From a bacterium (GTDB taxonomy: Bacteria > UBA8248), in assembly GCA_965213685.1 (NCBI GenBank), contig CBDBZY010000019.1, forward strand, positions 1-46,889: 46,889 bases of DNA. Reading direction: 5' to 3'. Positions within the stretch are counted from its first letter, which is position 1. The number at the start of each line of letters is the position of its first letter. Made by a program: the position numbers and the translations under genes. The notes below the pieces were generated by a model, which saw only the letters and a program-made list of their open reading frames with translations, made no database searches and had not been told where the DNA came from. Below are positions 10,074 through 22,640 of this stretch, piece by piece.

Positions 10074-11372
10074 CTAGCGCGTCGGAGCCGTTCGCCCGGC
10101 CTTTCGGCGGCCGACGCCGATAAAGCGCATCATACCTTTTGCGATTCCCTCCGCAAGCGCCTGGCGATACCGCGGATTTTTTATCCACCGCGCTTCCTGC
10201 GGGTTCGAGACGAAGCCCACCTCAATCAATATGCTCGGCATCTGGGCACCGAGGAGCACGTAGAAGGGCGCGCGCTTCACGCCCAAATTCCGAACGCCGC
10301 GATAGCGGGGCCGCAGGCGCGCGAGCATCGCTTTCTGCACCCGCTGCGCCAGCTGCCGCGACTCCGTCACCTTCGACCGCAACCCCAGCTCGCCCAATAT
10401 CTTCTGCAAATCGCTCATGCGCGCGACGCTCGTCCCGCTCTCCCGAGCCGCCAGCGCGAGCGCCCTTTTCGATGACGCCTCGCTCAGAAGATAGGTCTCG
10501 ATCCCCCGCAGGCGCCGCGAACGCGCGCTGTTCGCATGAATGGACACGAACATATCCGCGCCATGTTCATTGGCGAAAGACGTCCTCTCCGGCAAGGAGA
10601 GGTATCTGTCCGTAGTTCTCGTGAGATAGATTCGATTCCCGGGCAAGGCGCGCCGCAGTATCCGCCTCGTCCGAAACGAGATGTCTAGGGCGACGTCCTT
10701 CTCCCTCAGGCCGTACAGGCCTACCGCGCCCGGGTCCTTGCCGCCATGCGCCGGGTCGAGAACGATTCTTCCCACGCCGTGCCGGAACCTTTGGGACAAC
10801 GTCATCTCGCGGCGGCCCGGAAACCTCTTCTTCGGCTCCCGCGGCGGTCTCCGCGCGCGGCGAGTGCCCGCCCGGGGCGTAGAGGCGACCGCGCGTTTCG
10901 CGCGAAGGTCGATCACGATGCGATGCGGCCCGGGCAGGGTGAAAACGCGGTGCCCGACTTCGCGGCCGGGGGAGACGTCGACCACGAGGCGCAGGACGTC
11001 CCTTTGGGGATGGCCGAACCGAAGCCGGGAGACGACGCTCCGCCCCGGCTCGAACCTAGGCATCCGGGTTCCGCGCGCGATGCGCCCGTGCGGGATGTCG
11101 AGAAAAATTCGGGCGGGCCGCTTCAGGACGCCCGATCGAAAGTCGAACGTTTCGCGATCCAGGAGAAAGACTATCCGCGAATAACCCGTCGTGGAGAATT
11201 GCCGAACCCCGAGGACGCTTGTCCCGGCACCCGGTGCCCGCGCTCCCAAGGCGGGACCCGCCCCCTCCCCCCAAAGGATGAGGAGCAAAACGCAGAGGAG
11301 CCCCCCGCTCCCGGCCCGCAGCGTCCGGTTCTTTCCTCTACGGCACGGCGGTGCGAAGCGACGCCTCCCCAC
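10074..11372 (-). CDS. N-acetylmuramoyl-L-alanine amidase (AMIN + Amidase_3, AmiC-like)
   Basis: Signal/TM segment, AMIN domain (RIVIDL), DPAHGGKDPGA, EKDVAL, FVSIHAN and PSILIEVGFVSN. Confidence 0.9.
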   Translation of the reverse strand: MGRRRFAPPCRRGKNRTLRAGSGGLLCVLLLILWGEGAGPALGARAPGAGTSVLGVRQFSTTGYSRIVFLLDRETFDFRSGVLKRPARIFLDIPHGRIARGTRMPRFEPGRSVVSRLRFGHPQRDVLRLVVDVSPGREVGHRVFTLPGPHRIVIDLRAKRAVASTPRAGTRRARRPPREPKKRFPGRREMTLSQRFRHGVGRIVLDPAHGGKDPGAVGLYGLREKDVALDISFRTRRILRRALPGNRIYLTRTTDRYLSLPERTSFANEHGADMFVSIHANSARSRRLRGIETYLLSEASSKRALALAARESGTSVARMSDLQKILGELGLRSKVTESRQLAQRVQKAMLARLRPRYRGVRNLGVKRAPFYVLLGAQMPSILIEVGFVSNPQEARWIKNPRYRQALAEGIAKGMMRFIGVGRRKAGRTAPTR

Positions 11373-11418
11373 AAAAACCTCTCCCGCGTCGGGCGGCGCA
11401 TCCGATGCGGCGAACGCG

Positions 11419-13919
<2,501 letters not shown>

Positions 13920-14142
13920 CTATGCTCTCCTAGAAATTCGAGGTCACCACCGAGCCGAACAAGACCCCCGATCGCGCACATTCCGGAGCGTCTTGTAGCA
14001 TTTTCCGAATGGGGGCGGAAGCCTATGGAAAAAGCGTCGTTTCTTTCCCGAAACCATCCGCGAATCTATCAAGAAACCTCCCCCGCGCACCAGCAGGGGA
14101 GAAGCCTCTTTCCGGGCGATGGAAGACGACGAAAAAACCTTG

Positions 14143-14171
14143 ATTATCAATACATTAAAATATCATTTCAA
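14143..14171 (-). promoter_or_regulatory. putative sigma70 promoter of metK-ahcY
   Basis: TTGAAA-N17-GATAAT in an AT-rich island. The -10 overlaps the palindrome TTGATnATCAA (14140-14150). Confidence 0.5.
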
Positions 14172-14224
14172 TAGTTTACATGAAGAAACGGGCGCCCCGG
14201 AACCTCCTGGCGGCGCACGAAAGC

Positions 14225-14494
14225 CTAGGGCGTCTCCCCGAAGCCGGTCCGCACCAGATCCGCCAATGCCGAGGCCGCTGCCTCCGCATCCGCCCCGCTC
14301 GCGGTGATGCGCACCTCCGAGCCCGGAGTCGCCGCCAGCATCATGACGCCCATGATGCTCTTGCCGTCCACCTCCATGTCGCGGAAGCGAACAAGAATTT
14401 CGCTCTCGAATTTGCTCGACAGCCTCACGAATTTGGCCGCCGCCCTGGCGTGAAGCCCCATTTTGTTGTTGACGATGGCTTTTCGTTCCGCCAT
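14225..14494 (-). CDS. ptsH: phosphocarrier protein HPr
   Basis: GLHARAA (His15) and GKSIMG (Ser46). Confidence 0.93.
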   Translation of the reverse strand: MAERKAIVNNKMGLHARAAAKFVRLSSKFESEILVRFRDMEVDGKSIMGVMMLAATPGSEVRITASGADAEAAASALADLVRTGFGETP

Positions 14495-14502
14495 ATCGGC
14501 GC

Positions 14503-14925
14503 TCATTCCTCCCTGGCTGGGCGCTGCTTCGCCGAGTTGATCATTTCGCTGGGCTGGGCGAGGTTGCGCCTCCCGTATTCCACGAGGAAGCGCGCCGCCT
14601 CGGAAACGGTTTTTCCCTTGATGAACGAGAGCTTCAGCAGCATCGGCAAATTCACCCCCGTCACCACCTCCACCCCGGGATGGTTCAGCATCGCGAGCGC
14701 CGCGTTCGTCGGGGCGCCGCCCATCATGTCCGTCATGACGATCACCCCCTCGCCCGCCTCCACCTCCATGACCGCCTTTTCTATCTTTTCCGTAAATCCG
14801 GCCGGGTCGGCGTCCGGACCGAGGGAAAGCGCCTTCATCTGGGTTGTGCCGGAGAGGACGGACTCCGCCGCGTGCAGCAGCGCGTCCGGATAGTCCCCGT
14901 GCCCGACGATCACCAAGCCGATCAT
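14503..14925 (-). CDS. PTS EIIA component, mannose/fructose family
   Basis: Motifs MIGLVIVGHG, TDMMGGAP and VVTGVNLPML. Confidence 0.9.
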   Translation of the reverse strand: MIGLVIVGHGDYPDALLHAAESVLSGTTQMKALSLGPDADPAGFTEKIEKAVMEVEAGEGVIVMTDMMGGAPTNAALAMLNHPGVEVVTGVNLPMLLKLSFIKGKTVSEAARFLVEYGRRNLAQPSEMINSAKQRPAREE

Positions 14926-14956
14926 GCCAACGACCCTCTCCGTCTTCCGCGCCCGC

Positions 14957-15907
14957 CTAGCCCGTCGATTCGAGCGCGATCCGGGCGGAGAGCGTGCGGC
15001 TGAACTCCTCCGCCGAGAAATAGCCCATTCTCTGCAGCAGCAGATTCCTGGCCGCCACCTCGATGAGGGTCGGGATGTTCCTCCCGGGCGCCACGGGAAT
15101 CTTCACGTGTGGCCGGGACTTGTCCAGGACATTCTGGGTCTCGATGTCGATTCCGAGGCGCTCGAACGACAGGCCCGGGCTCCAGGGGATCAACTCCACG
15201 ATGATGTCGACGTTCTTCTCATAGCGAATCGCGACGACGCCGAAAAGGTCCTTGAGGTTCAGTATTCCCAGCCCCCGCACCTCGATGTGGTGCCGAAGCA
15301 GCTCCGTGCTTCTCCCCACCAGCTCATTGCCGCGCGACTGGATATCCACCACGTCGTCAGCCACGAGCCGATGCCCCCGCGTGACGAGATGGAGTGCGCA
15401 CTCGCTTTTCCCGATGCCGCTTTTCCCCTGGATGAGGACGCCGACACCATACAAATCGACCAGGACGCCGTGCAGCCGCGCATGCGGGGAGAGATGCTCT
15501 TCGAGATATTCCGACATCCGGGGCATCAATTCCTTGCCGGGCAAACTCGAGACGATGATCGGCACGCCGGATGCGTCGGACTCTTTCGCGATCCCCGGGA
15601 AAATGCGATTTCCCCCCGTGACCACCACGGCGCACAGCGGCATCCGAAAATATCGACGCACCGCCTCGGTGCGCTCCTCCTCCTCGAGGTTCTCCAGAAA
15701 CCCGACCTCGGTGTTGCCCCACACCTGCACCCTGTCCGGATGGACGGCTTTCAGGAATCCGGCAAGGGGCAAGCCATTTTTTTGAAAGCGCGTATGTCCA
15801 ACCTGACGCCCCAAGCCGGATGCGCCCGAGAGGATGGACAATCCCAGCTCCTCGCGCAGGTCCTCGTACAACTGGGACACCGAGAGCTTGCTCATCGCGT
15901 TCCTCAA
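14957..15907 (-). CDS. hprK: HPr(Ser) kinase/phosphorylase
   Basis: LHGVLVDLYGVGVLIQGKSGIGKSECAL..GHRLVADD, EVRGLGI and PVAPGRN. Confidence 0.95.
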   Translation of the reverse strand: MRNAMSKLSVSQLYEDLREELGLSILSGASGLGRQVGHTRFQKNGLPLAGFLKAVHPDRVQVWGNTEVGFLENLEEEERTEAVRRYFRMPLCAVVVTGGNRIFPGIAKESDASGVPIIVSSLPGKELMPRMSEYLEEHLSPHARLHGVLVDLYGVGVLIQGKSGIGKSECALHLVTRGHRLVADDVVDIQSRGNELVGRSTELLRHHIEVRGLGILNLKDLFGVVAIRYEKNVDIIVELIPWSPGLSFERLGIDIETQNVLDKSRPHVKIPVAPGRNIPTLIEVAARNLLLQRMGYFSAEEFSRTLSARIALESTG

Positions 15908-16088
15908 CTCTCAGGACGCCCCCGGAGCGTGGAACCTCCCTCCGGGGAATGATAATAAAAATTTTCGACGCTTCTCCGGCAAACGCCAGGTTGCGGACAC
16001 GCCCACCCGCCATTATGGGCCATGCGGGCGTGAACGGGAAACGGGGGAGGGGGCAACGCGCCTCCCCCCCCTCCCTCGCCCCCTGCGG

Positions 16089-17522
16089 CTATCCGTGTAT
16101 CGCGCGTCTTTTGCTCGCGGGAAGGATGCGCAACTCCTTGCGGTATTTCGTCACCGTGCGCCTGGCTATCACCACGTCATCCTGGCGCAGCCTGTCCACG
16201 ATGCGCTGGTCAGTAAGCGGTTTTCGGGGATTTTCCTGCGCCACCACCCTCTTGATGATCTCCTTCACCGCCACCGACGAGGCGACCCCTTCCGCCCCCG
16301 CTCCCAACCCGCTGTGGAAGAAATACTTGAAGCCCAGAACGCCCTGCGGCGTATCCATGTACTTGCCGGTCGTCACGCGGCTCACGGTCGATTCGTGCAT
16401 CCCGATGTCCTGGGCCACATCCCGCAGCACCAAGGGTTTCAGTGCGCGCACGCCCTGCTCGAGAAAATCCTTCTGGAAGCGGACGATGCTCCGGGAGACC
16501 TTCAGAATTGTCTGCCTCCTTTGCTCGACGCTTTTGACGAACCAGACGGCGGACTTCATCTTCTGCTCCAGATACTTGCGCGTGTCCGGCGGCGTTCCCG
16601 CCTTGTCGGCGGCCATCGCCGCGTAGAGCGGGTTGACGCGCAGGGGCGGCAGGCCCTCGTCATGGAGCGTCACCTCGTAATCGGCACCTCGTTTGGCGAC
16701 GACGACGTCCGGCGTCACCACCTCCACCCTCTGCTCGGAGAAGCGCAGTCCGGGATAGGGGTCGAGGCTCCGGATGATGAGGACGGCCTGGGCGATGTCA
16801 TCCACCTCCACGCCGTTGGCCCTGGCGAGCCTCGCGTATTGCCGCGCATCTATCCGCTCCATGTTCTCCAGCACCAACACCCGCGCCAAATCCACAAAGC
16901 GACCATGATGGTTCGGCGATAAAGCGTGGTTTTTCAGTTGAATAAGGAGGCATTCCTGAAGTGTTCTCGCGGCAACGCCGGGCGGGTCGAACCCTTGCAC
17001 CAGCACCAATGCCCTGTCCGCCTCCCGAGGCCCGAGGCCGGCGGCGGCCGCCAGCTCCTCCGGTTCGGCCTCGAGGTAGCCCTGATCGTTCACGTTCCAG
17101 ATAATCTGCCTCGCCACGCGGGCTATCGGCTCAGGAGCCATCGAAAGACCCAGCTGCCATTCCAGATGCTCATGCAGCGTGTCGGGACGGGTCAACGTCT
17201 GCTCGTAGGAGGAAAAATCACCATCATCGGCGGGCGGAGAGAAATCGCCATAACCATCCTGCACGATGTTTTCCCAATCAATCTCCGCCTCGGCTCTTTC
17301 ATCGTTCTCGCTCTCGGGAGCATCGTCCGGCGTCTCGCCGTCCGCCCCCTCCCTCCCCTCCTCCGGAACTTCCTCGAGGAGGGGATTCTCCTGCATCTCC
17401 CGCTGAACGGACTGCTGCATCTCCGCGCGCGTCAGGGGCAAGAGGCCAATCGCCTGCTGTAGCATGGCCGTCATCACCGGGCGCTGCTCCGTCCGCATCG
17501 TCATTTTATGCTGCAAGGCCAT
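16089..17522 (-). CDS. rpoN: RNA polymerase sigma-54 factor
   Basis: Region I LQQAIGLL, DPPGVAAR, MHESTVSR and the RpoN box ARRTVTKYR. Confidence 0.96.
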   Translation of the reverse strand: MALQHKMTMRTEQRPVMTAMLQQAIGLLPLTRAEMQQSVQREMQENPLLEEVPEEGREGADGETPDDAPESENDERAEAEIDWENIVQDGYGDFSPPADDGDFSSYEQTLTRPDTLHEHLEWQLGLSMAPEPIARVARQIIWNVNDQGYLEAEPEELAAAAGLGPREADRALVLVQGFDPPGVAARTLQECLLIQLKNHALSPNHHGRFVDLARVLVLENMERIDARQYARLARANGVEVDDIAQAVLIIRSLDPYPGLRFSEQRVEVVTPDVVVAKRGADYEVTLHDEGLPPLRVNPLYAAMAADKAGTPPDTRKYLEQKMKSAVWFVKSVEQRRQTILKVSRSIVRFQKDFLEQGVRALKPLVLRDVAQDIGMHESTVSRVTTGKYMDTPQGVLGFKYFFHSGLGAGAEGVASSVAVKEIIKRVVAQENPRKPLTDQRIVDRLRQDDVVIARRTVTKYRKELRILPASKRRAIHG

Positions 17523-17543
17523 CCCCCCGGCTCCTTCTTGCCC

Positions 17544-18308
17544 TCAGAGTCGAAATTCCTGGCCCAGATAGATGTCGCGGACCTTCTCATTACCGGCGAT
17601 CTCCTCCGGAACGCCGGACGCCAGTATGCGGCCTTCGTTGATAATGTAGGCCCTGTCGGATATCTGAAGCGTCTCGCGCACGTTGTGGTCCGTGATGACG
17701 ATTCCGATCCCCCGGCTTTTCAGTCCCGCCACGATGTCCTGTATCTCGTGCACCATGATGGGGTCGATCCCGGCGAAAGGCTCATCCAGGAGTATGAAAG
17801 CGGGGTTCGTAGCCAACGCCCGGGCGATCTCCACCCGCCTACGCTCCCCGCCCGAGAGGGCGTATCCCCTCCGCGACTGGATGTGCCGGATGTTCAGGTC
17901 CTCGAATATCTCGTCCAACCGACTCTCGCGGCGCCGGCCGTCGCGCAGAACCAGCTCGAGCACCGCCATGATGTTGTCCCGCACGGAAAGACGTCGAAAC
18001 ACGGACGCCTCCTGGGGCAAATAGCTGATTCCCCGCCGGGCGCGCATATACATGGGCTGGTCTGTTACCTCTCGCCCATTCAAGAAGACTTGCCCCGCAT
18101 CCGGGGCGACCAGCCCGACGATCATGTAAAATATCGTCGTCTTGCCGGCGCCGTTCGGGCCAAGCAGTCCCACGATTTCCCCGGGACGCACCCCGAGCCG
18201 CACGCTGGAGACGACCCTTCGGCCGGCGTAGCTTTTCGTCAGTCCGGCGACGAGGATGGAAGCGCCCTTCTGGCGCTCCGCGGCATGGCTGTCGGCTTGC
18301 GCGACCAT
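17544..18308 (-). CDS. lptB: LPS export ABC transporter ATP-binding protein
   Basis: Motifs [48 protein letters not shown] and [10 protein letters not shown]. Confidence 0.95.
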   Translation of the reverse strand: MVAQADSHAAERQKGASILVAGLTKSYAGRRVVSSVRLGVRPGEIVGLLGPNGAGKTTIFYMIVGLVAPDAGQVFLNGREVTDQPMYMRARRGISYLPQEASVFRRLSVRDNIMAVLELVLRDGRRRESRLDEIFEDLNIRHIQSRRGYALSGGERRRVEIARALATNPAFILLDEPFAGIDPIMVHEIQDIVAGLKSRGIGIVITDHNVRETLQISDRAYIINEGRILASGVPEEIAGNEKVRDIYLGQEFRL

Positions 18309-18312
18309 GGGG

Positions 18313-18969
18313 CTATCTGGATTTCTGGCGCTGGGGCGTCTCGCTCTCGCTGGAGGGAAAAAGGGTAACGTTGACCCTGCGGCGCGGAGAGCCATGGACG
18401 ATCGTCGTTTCCTCCTGCAGGTTCATCTCTATTTTGCTGCCCACCACCTGGTTCTTCCCTTCCCAGGCGCGCGGCTTGTCCGTCAGGACGGCGACGCCGG
18501 TCGATTCCCGATATTCCAGCCGCCCGGCGGTGGCGAACCTTCTTTGCGCCTGATTCATCTTCACGTTTCCGGTGGCCACGATTTTGTCCAGATCCCCCAT
18601 CCCGCCAGGTGAGGCGGTCTCGCGCTCCGCGCTCTTGTCCTCGTCGGCGCGCATATACACCTCCAGGCGATTCGCCTCTATGTGCATATCCCCCCGCTTC
18701 GCCTTCACATCCCCGGTGAACACGACGAGGTTCTTCTGGTTTTGCACCTCCATCTTGTTCGAGCTGACGTGAAGCGGATCCTTGCTGTCGGATAAGCCCT
18801 TTCTTCCCCTCTCCTGCCCGTGCGAGAAGGCCGCACCCCACAACAAAAGACCCGCGCACAAGCCCAGGCAAACGAGGCGAACGCGCCCCGGGCGACATGT
18901 CCCCGCTCTCAAAGCACTCCCTCCTTCCGGTGCGGCCGGCCGCCGCGCTGGTCGCCGCCGATTCATCAT
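18313..18969 (-). CDS. lptA: LPS transport periplasmic protein
   Basis: Signal peptide, OstA-like beta-jellyroll ([15 protein letters not shown]) and position between lptC and lptB. Confidence 0.85.
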   Translation of the reverse strand: MMNRRRPARRPAAPEGGSALRAGTCRPGRVRLVCLGLCAGLLLWGAAFSHGQERGRKGLSDSKDPLHVSSNKMEVQNQKNLVVFTGDVKAKRGDMHIEANRLEVYMRADEDKSAERETASPGGMGDLDKIVATGNVKMNQAQRRFATAGRLEYRESTGVAVLTDKPRAWEGKNQVVGSKIEMNLQEETTIVHGSPRRRVNVTLFPSSESETPQRQKSR

Positions 18970-18991
18970 GAACCCTCCTCCCCTTCCGTCG

Positions 18992-19576
18992 CTAGCGCGA
19001 CGCCTCGCGCGCCTCGCGCGTATCGTATAGCGTGGCGCGCACCTTCTCCTTCAGCTCGTAATGGCCCAAATCGGTTCTCCCCGCAAGGCCCGTGCCGCTC
19101 AGGCGAAACCGCTTCCCCTCTATCCGGACCCGCGAATCCGAATCAATGCGATTCTCCTGCGGGCGAAAATACAGGGATTCCGTTTGGAGGGAGAAGCCCT
19201 GGGCCGTCCGGACAATGACGTTGCCGCTGATCTTCATGTTTCGGCTCTTGTTCTCCATCGTCCCTCTCCGTGCGCTCACGTCCGCCGGCTTCCCGTTTTT
19301 CGGATACAACCGCAGGCGCAGGTTTCGCAAAACAGTCACATCCTTCTCGCGGTACACCTTGGCGGAGTCCGCCCACAGCTCCCATTCCTTCACGCCCTTC
19401 GTGTTTTGGACGACGTGCACCTTGTCCACGTTGAGATCCGCGTCCGAACCCTGGAACGACACGCCTCCCACGTCGATCCGATAACCGGAGGAATCCATGA
19501 AAAAATAGAAAACCACGCCGCCCATGGCGATCAGCAGGGAGAGCAACAAGATTTTCAGCACCCTGCGGGAAAGCAT
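18992..19576 (-). CDS. lptC: LPS export protein LptC
   Basis: N-terminal TM segment, WELWADSA, GNVIVRT..LQTESL and synteny with lptAB. Confidence 0.85.
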   Translation of the reverse strand: MLSRRVLKILLLSLLIAMGGVVFYFFMDSSGYRIDVGGVSFQGSDADLNVDKVHVVQNTKGVKEWELWADSAKVYREKDVTVLRNLRLRLYPKNGKPADVSARRGTMENKSRNMKISGNVIVRTAQGFSLQTESLYFRPQENRIDSDSRVRIEGKRFRLSGTGLAGRTDLGHYELKEKVRATLYDTREAREASR

Positions 19577-19706
19577 CGCAACCCTTCAGAAATATCTGGA
19601 TGGTCCGGAACAGACGCGCGCGACCCGGGCGGCACATCGCCCCATGCCGAAAGAACCGCTACATCCGCCTCCCGGATGCGCCGACGCCCTCCTGGCCATA
19701 ATGCGT

Positions 19707-19723
19707 ATGCAAAAACAATGCCT
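19707..19723 (-). promoter_or_regulatory. candidate sigma54 (-24/-12) promoter upstream of lptC-lptA-lptB-rpoN
   Basis: The minus strand reads AGGCATTGTTTTTGCAT, giving GG-N10-GC spacing with TTGCA at -12. Confidence 0.4.
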
Positions 19724-19768
19724 TATCAGATTGCCATCGTTTTCTTTTTTTGTAAAGAAAATTCTGTC

Positions 19769-20221
19769 TCACGACCGGGAAATGGAGACGCGCCGACTTT
19801 CTGCTCCCACGATCTCGAACCTGACGCGGGTGGAGACCGGAAAACGCCATCTCTCCACATGGTTCGGCCATTCGATCATCACGAAATCCTTCTCTCCAAC
19901 GTGCTCCCACAAACCGATTTCCTGGAGGTCGGAATCCCTCGGAAGGCGGTAGAGGTCCATGTGGTGGACGGGCGGGACCGTCGGATAATGACGCGCATAC
20001 ACAAACGTGGGACTCCTGACGATTCGCCCCCCTCCCCCCGGCAGCGATTCGATGAAACCCCTGGCGAACACGGTCTTCCCGGTGCCTAGGTCGCCATCGA
20101 GCAAAACAACCTCGCCGGGCCTCGACGCCCTTGCGAGCCGCGCGCCGAGGGCGGCCGTCTGCGCGACGGAATCACTCCGCGTCTCAAAGGGAAATTCGAG
20201 CAGCGCCGCAACCTCCCGCAT
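19769..20221 (-). CDS. tsaE: tRNA threonylcarbamoyladenosine biosynthesis ATPase
   Basis: Motifs GDLGTGKT, VRSPTF, HMDLYRL and IEWP. Confidence 0.93.
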   Translation of the reverse strand: MREVAALLEFPFETRSDSVAQTAALGARLARASRPGEVVLLDGDLGTGKTVFARGFIESLPGGGGRIVRSPTFVYARHYPTVPPVHHMDLYRLPRDSDLQEIGLWEHVGEKDFVMIEWPNHVERWRFPVSTRVRFEIVGAESRRVSISRS

Positions 20222-21770
20222 CCGTGAGCACTTTCTTTCTCGCCGCGGGAAGCGCCTCCAGAATATCGGTCGCCGCGATCCCGAGTCCGCCCATCTTCGC
20301 CGACGCCAACTCTCCGGACAATCCGTGCAGATAGGCCCCGCATATCAACGCCCATTTGCCGGAAAGCCCTTGGGCGAGCAATGCGCCGACTACGCCCGCC
20401 AGCACGTCCCCGCTGCCGGCGGTGGCCATGTCGGAGTTTCCCGTGGGATTGTACCAACTTTCTCCCTCCGGCGTGGCGAGAATCGTGCCCCAGCCCTTCA
20501 GGGCAATGTCCAGATTATGACGCGCGGCGAACCGGCTCGCGTGCCCCACCCGATCTTCCTGGACCTCCCCGACCGGGATGCCCAGAAGACGCGCCATTTC
20601 CCCCGGGTGGGGCGTCAGCGCCAGTTGCGCGACCCTGCTGTCGAGGATGGTGAGGTCCTGGGAGAGCGCGTTCAGGCCGTCGGCGTCCAGCACGGTGGGA
20701 GAGTCGATATGCTGGATGAGCCTGTGAACGAGTTCCACCGTTCGGGGGCCCGTCATGAGGCCCGGGCCCACGACGAGGGCGCTCATGTCCTCCGAGCGCT
20801 CCAGGATGAGGTCAAACGCCGCGACGTCGGCGGCGCCCGACTCGGTGGCCGGCAGGGACAGCGTCATGACCTCCGGATAGCGGCCCTCCACAAGGGCGTG
20901 AACGCTCTCCGGCACGCCGAGCGTCACCCGACCCGCGCCCGCGCGCAGGGCCGCCATCGCCGCCATGACGCCGGCCCCCGACATGCCGGGGGCGCCGGCT
21001 ATCAAAAACAGGTGGCCGGCATCCCCCTTGTGGGCGTCGGGAGGTCTGCGGGGCAAACGCTCCGCCACGTCGGAGGCCTCCGTAAGATGGAGGGAAACGT
21101 TTTCCGCATCCAGGCATTGCCGGGGAATTCCGATGTCCAGCAGCATCCGCTCGCCGACGTGCGCGGCGGCCGGCATGAGCAGATGCCCCCGCTTGAGCGC
21201 GCCCAGTGCCAGGGTAAGATCGGCGTCAATATGCGGAGGCTCGGCGCCGCCGGTGGTGGCGTCGAGGCCGGACGGCACATCCACCGCCACGATGGGGGCG
21301 CCGCACGCGGACAGGATGCGGATCGCCTGCGCCGGAAGGCTCCGGGCGGGCGGGCGAAACCCGGTGCCCAGAATGGCGTCCACGACGAGGTCCGCATTTT
21401 TCGCCATCGCCTCGAAGGGCGCGGCGTTCGCCTCGTCCACCTCGAGGAGGGGCGTTTGCGTCTTCTGCAGGGATTTCAGAAAAACAGCGGGGTCGCCCGC
21501 GGCCTCGCGCAGGGGAAACAGCGTCGCGACCCCCACGTCCGCGCCGAAGTTGCGCAAATGCCTGGCGATGACAAGGCCGTCCCCGCCATTGTTCCCCTTC
21601 CCGCACGCGACCAGAACGCGGAGGCCGGCCTTGCCGTATTTCTCCCAGATTCTCTGGGCGCACCGCGCCCCCGCCGTCTCCATCAGGCACGTCGAGGGGA
21701 TTCCGTATTCCCGGCTCGCCCGGCCGTCGATGCTGGCCATCTCATGGGCGGTGACGACGGGAATCGGCAT
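20184..21770 (-). CDS. nnr: bifunctional NAD(P)H-hydrate epimerase/dehydratase
   Basis: YjeF_N motifs LMETAG, GKGNNGGDG and VDVPSG. YjeF_C motifs HKGDAG, DADGLN, TPHPGEM and TAGSGDVLAG. Confidence 0.93.
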   Translation of the reverse strand: MPIPVVTAHEMASIDGRASREYGIPSTCLMETAGARCAQRIWEKYGKAGLRVLVACGKGNNGGDGLVIARHLRNFGADVGVATLFPLREAAGDPAVFLKSLQKTQTPLLEVDEANAAPFEAMAKNADLVVDAILGTGFRPPARSLPAQAIRILSACGAPIVAVDVPSGLDATTGGAEPPHIDADLTLALGALKRGHLLMPAAAHVGERMLLDIGIPRQCLDAENVSLHLTEASDVAERLPRRPPDAHKGDAGHLFLIAGAPGMSGAGVMAAMAALRAGAGRVTLGVPESVHALVEGRYPEVMTLSLPATESGAADVAAFDLILERSEDMSALVVGPGLMTGPRTVELVHRLIQHIDSPTVLDADGLNALSQDLTILDSRVAQLALTPHPGEMARLLGIPVGEVQEDRVGHASRFAARHNLDIALKGWGTILATPEGESWYNPTGNSDMATAGSGDVLAGVVGALLAQGLSGKWALICGAYLHGLSGELASAKMGGLGIAATDILEALPAARKKVLTDAGGCGAARISL

Positions 21771-21772
21771 GT

Positions 21773-22501
21773 TCAGGCGTCGCTGACCCGTTCTATGATA
21801 TCCGCCATCTCGCGCACCGCTCTCTCCAGGCCGACGAAAACGGCGTGCGAGACGATGCTGTGGCCGATGTTCAACTCCTGCAGGTGAGGGAGCGAGGCCA
21901 CGGGGCGCACGTTGAGGTAGGTGAGCCCGTGGCCCGCGTGCACGCCGACGCCGAGGCTGTGGGCGAGGGCGGCCGCCTCGCGGAGTGCGGCGAGCTCCCT
22001 CTCCGCCGAGGCGGGAGCTCTCGCCTCCGAATAGGCCGCCGTGTTGAGCTCCACAAAATGCACGCCCAACGCCTTGGCGGCCTCCACCTGCCGTGGATGG
22101 GGATCCACGAAAAGACTCAGCAGACGCCCCGCGTCCCGCAACGGCGCCAGCATGTCGGCCAGCTGCGCGACGTGGCCCGCCGCGTCCAGCCCGCCCTCGG
22201 TCGTTATCTCCTCGCGCCGCTCCGGCACCAAGGTGATCTGCTCGGGCTTCACGTCGAGGGCGATCCCCTGCATCTCGGGGACGGGCGCCATCTCCAGGTT
22301 TAGCTTGCCCCGCACCACCTGGCGCATCAGCCGCAAATCCCTGTCCTGGATATGCCTTCTGTCTTCCCGAAGATGGATGGTGACGCCCGCCGCACCCGCC
22401 CGCTCGGCGAGGAGGGCCGCCGCCACCGGGTCGGGCTCGTTCGTCTTGCGCGCCTCCCGCACCGTGGCCACGTGGTCCACGTTCACGCAGAGTTTCGCCA
22501 T
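21773..22501 (-). CDS. pdxJ: pyridoxine 5'-phosphate synthase
   Basis: [41 protein letters not shown] and ELNIGHSI. Confidence 0.95.
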   Translation of the reverse strand: MAKLCVNVDHVATVREARKTNEPDPVAAALLAERAGAAGVTIHLREDRRHIQDRDLRLMRQVVRGKLNLEMAPVPEMQGIALDVKPEQITLVPERREEITTEGGLDAAGHVAQLADMLAPLRDAGRLLSLFVDPHPRQVEAAKALGVHFVELNTAAYSEARAPASAERELAALREAAALAHSLGVGVHAGHGLTYLNVRPVASLPHLQELNIGHSIVSHAVFVGLERAVREMADIIERVSDA

Positions 22502-22640
22502 GCCCACCCCCGTCGGCACAATAAACATCCCGGAAAAAGGCGCCCCCGCCTCATGCGCGCATTCCTCCCGCGACCTCACAACCGGTGGGGGGGCTCTTTC
22601 GCGCCGTCGCCATCAGCACCAATCGCAACGTGGGGAGATG

